Shown: piece by piece, positions 42,816 to 53,315 of the stretch
Position numbering within the stretch: the stretch's first letter is position 1
How the letters are laid out: the number at the start of each line of letters is the position of its first letter
From: Clostridia bacterium
Lineage (GTDB): Bacteria > Bacillota > Clostridia > Oscillospirales > QAMX01
DNA: 53,315 nt
Direction: 5' to 3'
Assembly: GCA_017533425.1 (NCBI GenBank)
Contig: JAFXIE010000109.1
Coordinates: 1 to 53,315, forward strand
Position numbers and translations under genes: made by a program
Notes under the pieces: model-generated
What the model was told of the DNA's origin: nothing
Database searches by the model: none
What the model saw: only the letters and a program-made list of their open reading frames with translations

Positions 42816-43340
42816 ATGGCTGAACAGGCAAAATGGTATGTCGTTCACACCTATTCCGGTTATGAGAACATGGTCGCCGCCTCCATCGAGAAGGCTGTGA
42901 AGAACCTGCACCTGCAGGATCAGATCTTCGCCGTCAGCGTACCGATGGAGACCGTCACCGAGATCAAGGACAACAAGCGCAAGGAAGTCGAGCGCAAGGT
43001 GTTCCCCGGTTATGTTCTCGTCAAGATGGTTATGAACGATGAATGCTGGCACGTTGTCCGCAACACCCGCGGTGTTACCGGCTTTGTCGGCCCCGGATCC
43101 AAGCCCGTCGCCCTTACGGAGGACGAGGTTATGGCTCTCGGCGTTGATAAGCACGAGATCGTCGTGGAATATGCCGTGGGCGACAATGTCAAGATCACGG
43201 ACGGTCCTCTGGACGGCTTTATCGGCCTGGTGGAGGAGATCGATATCCCCAAGAACCGCGTCAAGGTTATCGTATCCATGTTCGGACGTGAGACCCCTGT
43301 GGAGCTGGAGCTTGCACAGGTTGAGCCGATGGACGACTGA
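42816..43340 (+). CDS. nusG: transcription termination/antitermination factor NusG
   Basis: KWYVVHTYSGYEN plus a KOW motif (VGDNVKITDGPLDGFIG). Confidence 0.95.
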   Translation: MAEQAKWYVVHTYSGYENMVAASIEKAVKNLHLQDQIFAVSVPMETVTEIKDNKRKEVERKVFPGYVLVKMVMNDECWHVVRNTRGVTGFVGPGSKPVALTEDEVMALGVDKHEIVVEYAVGDNVKITDGPLDGFIGLVEEIDIPKNRVKVIVSMFGRETPVELELAQVEPMDD

Positions 43341-43401
43341 GTCCCCCCGGCTTTGAAAAACAGATAGCAAATTGCGGTAGTACTCCCCTCGGGGAGGTTT
43401 T

Positions 43402-43435
43402 GTGGGAGGACATGCAGGGCATCGTCCGAAACCAC
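43402..43435 (+). ncRNA. candidate L1-binding leader element upstream of rplK
   Basis: GTGGGAGGAC...GTCCGAAACCAC. It shares the GTGGGAGGA...CCGAA(A/T)ACCAC frame with 43914-43940. Confidence 0.3.
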
Positions 43436-43464
43436 CACATTTTATCAAGGAGGTGCACACTAAA

Positions 43465-43890
43465 GTGGCACAGAAAATTACCGGTTATGTTAAACTGCAG
43501 ATCCCCGCAGGTAAGGCGACTCCCGCCCCCCCTGTCGGTCCTGCACTGAGCCCCTACGGCATCAATATCGCTGCCTTCACCAAGGAATTTAACGAGCGTA
43601 CCAAGGCTGACATCGGCATGAAGGTTCCCGTTGTCATCACCGTTTATGCAGATCGCTCCTTCACCTTCGTTACGAAGTCGGTTCCTGCTGCCCTTCTCAT
43701 CAAGAAGGCCTGCGGCATCGAGAGCGGTTCCGGTGTTCCCCAGCGCGACAAGGTCGCCAAGATCAGCCGCGAGGAAATCCGCAAGATCGTTGAGATCAAG
43801 AAGAACGACCTGAACGCCGCTTCCGAGGAAGCTGCCATGAGCATGATCGCCGGCACCGCCCGCAGCATGGGCGTTGTCGTTGAGGACTAA
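43465..43890 (+). CDS. rplK: 50S ribosomal protein L11
   Basis: GTG start. (M)[27 protein letters not shown]. Confidence 0.95.
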   Translation: MAQKITGYVKLQIPAGKATPAPPVGPALSPYGINIAAFTKEFNERTKADIGMKVPVVITVYADRSFTFVTKSVPAALLIKKACGIESGSGVPQRDKVAKISREEIRKIVEIKKNDLNAASEEAAMSMIAGTARSMGVVVED

Positions 43891-43913
43891 ACCCCAAGGG
43901 TTTGTCCAATTAC

Positions 43914-43940
43914 GTGGGAGGATTTAGTTCCGAATACCAC
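43914..43940 (+). ncRNA. candidate L1-binding element upstream of rplA
   Basis: GTGGGAGGATTTAGTTCCGAATACCAC. Confidence 0.3.
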
Positions 43941-43957
43941 AACAGGAGGATAAGAGA

Positions 43958-44659
43958 GTGAAAAGAGGCAAGAAATATATTGAAAGCGCGAAGCTGATCG
44001 ACCGCAGCCGTCTCTACGACGTCGATGAGACCATGGATGCCGTCATCAAGAGCGCTAAGGCTAAGTTTGATGAGACCGTTGAGGTCCATGTCCGTCTGGG
44101 CGTTGACTCCCGTCACGCCGATCAGCAGGTTCGTGGCGCCATCGTGCTGCCCCACGGTACCGGCAAGAATGTCCGCGTGCTCGTCTTTGCCCGCGGCGAC
44201 AAGGCTGAGGCTGCTACCGCTGCCGGCGCTGACTATGTCGGTGCTGAGGATATGCTGGAGCGCATTCAGAAGGAAAACTTCTTTGATTACGATGTGGTCA
44301 TCGCGAGCCCCGACATGATGGGTATCGTCGGCCGCCTCGGTAAGGTCCTCGGCCCCAAGGGCCTGATGCCCAACCCCAAGGCCGGTACCGTCACCCCCGA
44401 TGTCGCCCGCGCCGTCACCGAAGCCAAGGCCGGTAAGATCGAGTACCGCCTGGACAAGACCAACATCATCCACTGCGCCATCGGCAAGGTTTCCTTCGGC
44501 GTTGAGAAGCTCGAGGAGAACTTCAACACCCTCCTCGGTGCCGTCATCAAGGCGAAGCCCGCTGCTGCCAAGGGCCAGTACATCAAGTCCTGCGTCGTGA
44601 CCTCCACCATGGGCCCCGGCGTCAAGGTCAACCCCGCAAAGCTCGGCGAGAACGCGTAA
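43958..44659 (+). CDS. rplA: 50S ribosomal protein L1
   Basis: GTG start with AGGAGGA upstream. [30 protein letters not shown]. Confidence 0.95.
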   Translation: MKRGKKYIESAKLIDRSRLYDVDETMDAVIKSAKAKFDETVEVHVRLGVDSRHADQQVRGAIVLPHGTGKNVRVLVFARGDKAEAATAAGADYVGAEDMLERIQKENFFDYDVVIASPDMMGIVGRLGKVLGPKGLMPNPKAGTVTPDVARAVTEAKAGKIEYRLDKTNIIHCAIGKVSFGVEKLEENFNTLLGAVIKAKPAAAKGQYIKSCVVTSTMGPGVKVNPAKLGENA

Positions 44660-44680
44660 GCGGTATTTCCGAAACTTCAA

Positions 44681-44711
44681 AGCACCCCGACCTCCGTCGG
44701 GGTGCTTTTTT
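44681..44711 (+). terminator. rho-independent terminator after rplA
   Basis: agcaccccgac / gtcggggtgct stem followed by TTTTTT. Confidence 0.85.
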
Positions 44712-44814
44712 GCGCTGCGTATTGAAAGGCGGGCGCCGGTATGCTATAATAAAGCGACCGATGACAAATGCGCTTTTGGCGCGCACAAAGACTGCGAAAG
44801 GTGGGACTTGAGAC

Positions 44815-45300
44815 GTGAAAAAGATCACTCTGAAGGATGTGGGTCTGTATGCCGTTATGGGACTGCTCACCACGCTGCTTTCCTCCGGCATTGTCGGGCT
44901 CATTTCCCCATTTGCCGCGAAGCTGCTTCCCCAGGTGGTGCATCTGCGCTTTGTAAATAATTGCCTGATTTTGATCCATGCCATCCTCTATCCGCTGATT
45001 TGGAGCCGTAGACAGTGCGTTGCCATGATGCGCGGAGAGAGCGGTGCGGATGAAAAAGTGCTTGTGGCGCGGTTTATGCGGGAGTATATCTTCCCACAGG
45101 TTGCGGTGCAGTTTGCCATGTATGGGCTGATCTGTATTCTTGCCTTCGTAACAAAGCAGACTTCGCCCGTATCCAACCTTGAGATGTACATGTGGTCCCT
45201 CGGGATACCCATTCCCCTTTTGCTGAGCTGCCGCATCGTTGCGCGCCGGGAAATCCGGAGCATCCTTCAAATGCGGGATAGGGGCGCGCAGGCGAAATGA
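44815..45300 (+). CDS. hypothetical membrane protein (161 aa)
   Basis: GTG start with AAAGGTGGGA upstream; 4 predicted TM helices; no family recognised. Confidence 0.55.
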   Translation: MKKITLKDVGLYAVMGLLTTLLSSGIVGLISPFAAKLLPQVVHLRFVNNCLILIHAILYPLIWSRRQCVAMMRGESGADEKVLVARFMREYIFPQVAVQFAMYGLICILAFVTKQTSPVSNLEMYMWSLGIPIPLLLSCRIVARREIRSILQMRDRGAQAK

Positions 45301-45731
45301 AGGCAAAGCCCTCCGTCTGCGAGGGCGTTCTCCGTAAGAAAGGCGGTAAAAACCTCATGAAAAGCATCAAGCCCGGCCGCGGGCCCTCATTTTTCTCAGG
45401 CATCGTCAGCATACTGGTGGCGCTTTTCGGTGTGCTCTGGATTGTCATCACCGCGTCGATGGGCGCCGGTCTATTTTCCCTTTTTGGGCTGATTTTTGTG
45501 GCCGTTGCCGGAGGCCAGGCCTATATGCACTTCAAAAATGCCACCTCGGAGAAGCGCTATTCCGCCTTTGATATCGTGGACGAGACGGAGGAGCCCGATC
45601 CCCTGAACGAGCGCTTCGGATCGGCCGAAAAGACCGAAAAAGCGGACGCCGGCAAGGCCTTCTGCCCCTGGTGCGGGGCGGAGGTGGAAAAGGAGCATAA
45701 ATTCTGCTCCGCCTGCGGAAAAGAACTGTAA
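45297..45731 (+). CDS. membrane protein with C-terminal zinc-ribbon
   Basis: ATGA overlap with the upstream gene. Two TM helices, then CPWCGAEVEKEHKFCSACG. Confidence 0.6.
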   Translation: MKAKPSVCEGVLRKKGGKNLMKSIKPGRGPSFFSGIVSILVALFGVLWIVITASMGAGLFSLFGLIFVAVAGGQAYMHFKNATSEKRYSAFDIVDETEEPDPLNERFGSAEKTEKADAGKAFCPWCGAEVEKEHKFCSACGKEL

Positions 45732-45834
45732 AGAAGGTCTGCATTTGACATGACAGGCTCGGCGGAGGGATCTGCTGTGCCTGTTTGTGCGTTTGCGAAG
45801 AGTTTCAGGGAGCCGGAAATGGCCGAGGTTTGCG

Positions 45835-46350
45835 ATGAAAACGAGACGGGTTGTGGTTTTGCCGTATGATCCCAAATGGAAATCGGATTTTGAAGCGATC
45901 CGACGGGAAATTGAAGATGCGGTCGGGGATTTGATCGTTGGGATAGAGCACGTAGGCAGTACATCGGTGGAAGGACTGTCCGCAAAGCCCTGTATTGATA
46001 TTGATGTGGTCATCAAAGACTACTCTGTTTTTGCGGAGGTTGTTGAGAGGCTCGCGAAAAACGGATATACCCACGAGGGAAACCTCGGAATTGAGGAGCG
46101 GGAAGCCTTCGGATATGCAAACAAACCGCACCTGCAGGCGCACCATCTGTATGTGTGCCCCGAGAAATCCAAAGAGCTGCATCGGCATATCACCTTCAGG
46201 GATTTTTTGAGGAATACGCCCGAGGCGGCAAAACGCTACGGCGCAGTCAAGGAAAAGGCGGCACAGCTGTTTCCGGACAGCATAGAGAAATATATCGAGT
46301 ACAAGTCTCCCTGCATTGCGGAGCTATATAAGCAGTGTGGGCTCAAATGA
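45835..46350 (+). CDS. GrpB-family protein (nucleotidyltransferase-like)
   Basis: IEHVGSTSVEGLSAKPCIDIDVV and HHLYVC motifs. Confidence 0.85.
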   Translation: MKTRRVVVLPYDPKWKSDFEAIRREIEDAVGDLIVGIEHVGSTSVEGLSAKPCIDIDVVIKDYSVFAEVVERLAKNGYTHEGNLGIEEREAFGYANKPHLQAHHLYVCPEKSKELHRHITFRDFLRNTPEAAKRYGAVKEKAAQLFPDSIEKYIEYKSPCIAELYKQCGLK

Positions 46351-46379
46351 TTGCGAGTCCGCATCAGAGAATTACAGAA

Positions 46380-46415
46380 AAATCCGGCCTGTGATTTCAA
46401 TCACAGGCCGGATTT
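46380..46415. terminator. bidirectional terminator shared by grpB-like and typA
   Basis: aaatccggcctgtgat / atcacaggccggattt. Confidence 0.8.
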
Positions 46416-46429
46416 AACGGTTTGCGGTG

Positions 46430-48259
<1,830 letters not shown>

Positions 48260-48347
48260 AATCGTACTCCCTTACGGTAATCTAAAACAACAAGAGATAT
48301 TATATAACCTTTTGCGCAAAAAAACAATATTTTTTTCAAAAAGAGTA

Positions 48348-48376
48348 TTGACACCTGTGATAAATTTGAGTATAAT
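48348..48376 (+). promoter_or_regulatory. consensus promoter of rplU-prp-rpmA
   Basis: TTGACA, 17 nt, TATAAT. Confidence 0.75.
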
Positions 48377-48382
48377 AATTGA

Positions 48383-48460
48383 GCCGCATTTTGCAGGTTT
48401 TGATAAAGCGGAGTTTTCCCGCCTGCCGAAGCGAGACTCATTCAGATAAGAGGTAACCGA
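48383..48460 (+). ncRNA. possible L21-leader-type 5' UTR
   Basis: About 80-nt leader between the consensus promoter and rplU, with nested pairing gcagg...gcgg...ccgc-ctgc. The call rests on position only. Confidence 0.3.
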
Positions 48461-48772
48461 ATGTACGCAATCATCAAGACCGGCGGAAAGCAGTATCGCG
48501 TTTCCGAAGGCGACATCATCTATGTCGAAAAGCTCGCCGACGAGCTTCCCGAGACCTACACCTTCACCGAGATCCTGGCTGTCTCCAAGGGTGACGAGCT
48601 GGTGGTCGGTGCTCCCGTTGTCGAGGGCGCTTCCGTTGAGGCTTCCGTCGTTAAGAACGGCAAGGGCAAGAAGATCATGGTCTTCAAGTACAAGCCCAAG
48701 AAGAACGAGCGCCGCCGCAAGGGCCATCGTCAGCCCTACACCAAGCTGCAGGTCACCAAGATCAACTTCTGA
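48461..48772 (+). CDS. rplU: 50S ribosomal protein L21
   Basis: [18 protein letters not shown]. Confidence 0.95.
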   Translation: MYAIIKTGGKQYRVSEGDIIYVEKLADELPETYTFTEILAVSKGDELVVGAPVVEGASVEASVVKNGKGKKIMVFKYKPKKNERRRKGHRQPYTKLQVTKINF

Positions 48773-49101
48773 TGACCCGGGTGGCATTGATCCGGCATTC
48801 CGGCAGGCCTGCGGGCTTTGCGGTGTCGGGCCACAGCGGCTATGCCGACGCAGGAGAGGATATCCTCTGCGCGGCCATCTCCATGGCCGTCTCGCTGGCA
48901 GAATGTCAGCTAAATGACGTTCTTGGAGCCGGTGCCGAGGTTCTGGTGGATGAGAAAAAAGCCCTCATCCGCGTGGAGCTTCCCCAAAAGAGCACCGATG
49001 CAGTCTATCAAAAATGCGCCCCGGCGCTGCAGGCCTTTGAAATGGTTCTGCGGCAGTACGCGGCGGAGTATACCGATTATATTTCGATTTCGGAGGAGTA
49101 A
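48772..49101 (+). CDS. prp: ribosomal-processing cysteine protease Prp
   Basis: GHSGYADAGEDILCAAIS (His/Cys dyad), located between rplU and rpmA. Confidence 0.9.
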   Translation: MTRVALIRHSGRPAGFAVSGHSGYADAGEDILCAAISMAVSLAECQLNDVLGAGAEVLVDEKKALIRVELPQKSTDAVYQKCAPALQAFEMVLRQYAAEYTDYISISEE

Positions 49102-49104
49102 ATC

Positions 49105-49389
49105 ATGCTGAGAATCAGTCTTCAGTTCTTTGCACATAAGAAGGGCGTCGGTTCTACCAAGAACGGTCGCGACAGTGAATCCAAGCGCCTCGGCGTCAAG
49201 CGCGCCGACGGTCAGTTTGTCCTCGCCGGCAACATCCTTATGCGCCAGCGCGGCACCAAGATCCATCCCGGCACCAACGTGGGTATCGGCAGCGACGACA
49301 CCCTCTTCGCTCTGAAGGACGGCGTTGTCCGCTTTGAGCGCGTGGGCCGCGACCGCAAGAAGGTCTCTGTCTACACCGTTGAGCAGTAA
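49105..49389 (+). CDS. rpmA: 50S ribosomal protein L27 with cleavable N-terminal extension
   Basis: [30 protein letters not shown]. Confidence 0.95.
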   Translation: MLRISLQFFAHKKGVGSTKNGRDSESKRLGVKRADGQFVLAGNILMRQRGTKIHPGTNVGIGSDDTLFALKDGVVRFERVGRDRKKVSVYTVEQ

Positions 49390-49411
49390 GCTCGCGAATT
49401 TTCAGGTCTGA

Positions 49412-50752
<1,341 letters not shown>

Positions 50753-50770
50753 AGTAAGGAGAGCTGGAGC

Positions 50771-51688
50771 ATGAAAACCTATATTTCCGAATTTTGCCGC
50801 TACTGCGACTATCCCGCGGAGGCAGAGGCCGGATTCCTTGCCGCCTGGGATACCATTATGGCAAATGATGAGGCCGCGAAGGTCTATCTTTCCTGCATTG
50901 AGGAATATGATCGCCTCGGTGTGGAATTCAACTACGGCGAAAACCTGCGCATCAGCCGTGAGGCAGGTGTGAGCGCCGGTGTGCACGAGTACATCTCTGA
51001 TCTTCTCTATGCCATCTGCCTCTGCCGCCATATGAAAGAGCTTTACGATCTCGCCGGACTTCCGGAGGAGCTTTACAAGACCTCTGTTTTCGACCTGAAA
51101 TACAAGCTCTTTGAGTGCAAGAAGGTCTATGACATCTGGGGATCCTTTGTTGCCGGATGGTTCGGAGGCTTCTTCTATCTCAAGCGCTTTGCCTTTGGCC
51201 GTCTGCAGCTGGAGCTGGAGACCTACCGCATTGAAACGCCCTACACCTGCGCCGGTGTGACGGTGCAGAAGGGGGATAAGGCGGTCAATATGCACATTCC
51301 TTCGGCCGGCCCCCTGCTGGCGGAGGATTGTATGGACTCCTTCCGTCAGGCCTACAAGTATTTCCGCCCCATGTTTGATGGCGATAAGATTCCCTTTGTG
51401 TGCTACTCCTGGCTGCTCTACCGCGAGCATTATGAGTTCCTGCCGGAGAATTCCCGCATCCGCGACTTTATGGATTTCTTCGATATCGAGTTCAGCAAGC
51501 AGTCCCCCGCCTTTGGCGATTGCTGGCGTATTTTCAACCGGAAGTATGAGGGCAGCCTGGAGGGCTTCCCCAGAGAGACCAGCCTGCAGCGCGCATATCT
51601 GGACTGGTACGCCAAGGGCGGCGTTGCCGGCTGCGGCGAGGGCGTCTTCATCTTCGACGGCGAGAAGATCCACCACAAGAACGACTGA
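50771..51688 (+). CDS. acyltransferase-domain protein (NAT_N/GNAT_C-like, DUF5596-type)
   Basis: The overall pattern (NMHIPSAGPL...FVCYSWLL) recalls this Clostridial family. The call is from memory only. Confidence 0.5.
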   Translation: MKTYISEFCRYCDYPAEAEAGFLAAWDTIMANDEAAKVYLSCIEEYDRLGVEFNYGENLRISREAGVSAGVHEYISDLLYAICLCRHMKELYDLAGLPEELYKTSVFDLKYKLFECKKVYDIWGSFVAGWFGGFFYLKRFAFGRLQLELETYRIETPYTCAGVTVQKGDKAVNMHIPSAGPLLAEDCMDSFRQAYKYFRPMFDGDKIPFVCYSWLLYREHYEFLPENSRIRDFMDFFDIEFSKQSPAFGDCWRIFNRKYEGSLEGFPRETSLQRAYLDWYAKGGVAGCGEGVFIFDGEKIHHKND

Positions 51689-51736
51689 ATATAAGAAACA
51701 GGCAAAGTCCCGGAGAATCTCCGGAGCTTTTCTATG

Positions 51737-51770
51737 CAAAAAAAGCCGCCTCCGGGAAGTGGAGGCGGCT
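51737..51770 (-). terminator. terminator of the pyrophosphatase gene
   Basis: agccgcctcc / ggaggcggct stem with T7 on the minus strand. Confidence 0.8.
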
Positions 51771-51792
51771 TTGTGCGTGAAATGGGGTTTTC

Positions 51793-53315
<1,523 letters not shown>

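Overview
53.3-kb chromosomal window from a high-GC (by eye about 60-65% GC), spore-forming Clostridia-type Firmicute. The taxon call rests on cotJABC, rny-ymdB, Prp/L27 maturation and a hisZ-type his operon. Most of it is housekeeping, in this order: tRNA-Gly; rny-ymdB-yggS; cotJABC; pfkB; putP; two tRNA-Ser; a GntR-controlled homocitrate/Re-citrate-synthase-like gene; gpmI; three tandem M42 peptidases; a CLC channel; a complete hisZGDCBHAF-IE operon; galT-galK; rpmG-secE-nusG-rplK-rplA; typA; rplU-prp-rpmA-obg; a partial membrane pyrophosphatase. Many long ORFs in the track are antisense shadows typical of high-GC DNA and are rejected. Segments that ordinary annotation does not explain: (1) An AT-rich left edge (1-900) next to tRNA-Gly. 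It holds a mirror-symmetric array of eight 9-nt motifs whose spacers are all mini-hairpins. It also holds two tandem ~140-bp units, each starting with a copy of the tRNA-Gly 3' end, and the start of a LytTR-like regulator gene. (2) A low-GC three-gene island (SDR, AroD-like, quinone oxidoreductase). (3) A tightly coupled AKR / DUF3748 / WYL-regulator / small-ORF operon. (4) An SPFH-Arc two-gene module with a tandem palindromic operator. (5) A low-GC gpmI embedded in a high-GC operon. (6) A degenerate third M42 paralogue. (7) A 650-bp hairpin- and repeat-dense non-coding block between hisIE and galT. (8) A synteny break after rplA. No CRISPR array, integrase, transposase or recognisable defence gene is visible. 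All functional calls come from reading the translations and motifs; no database search was run.
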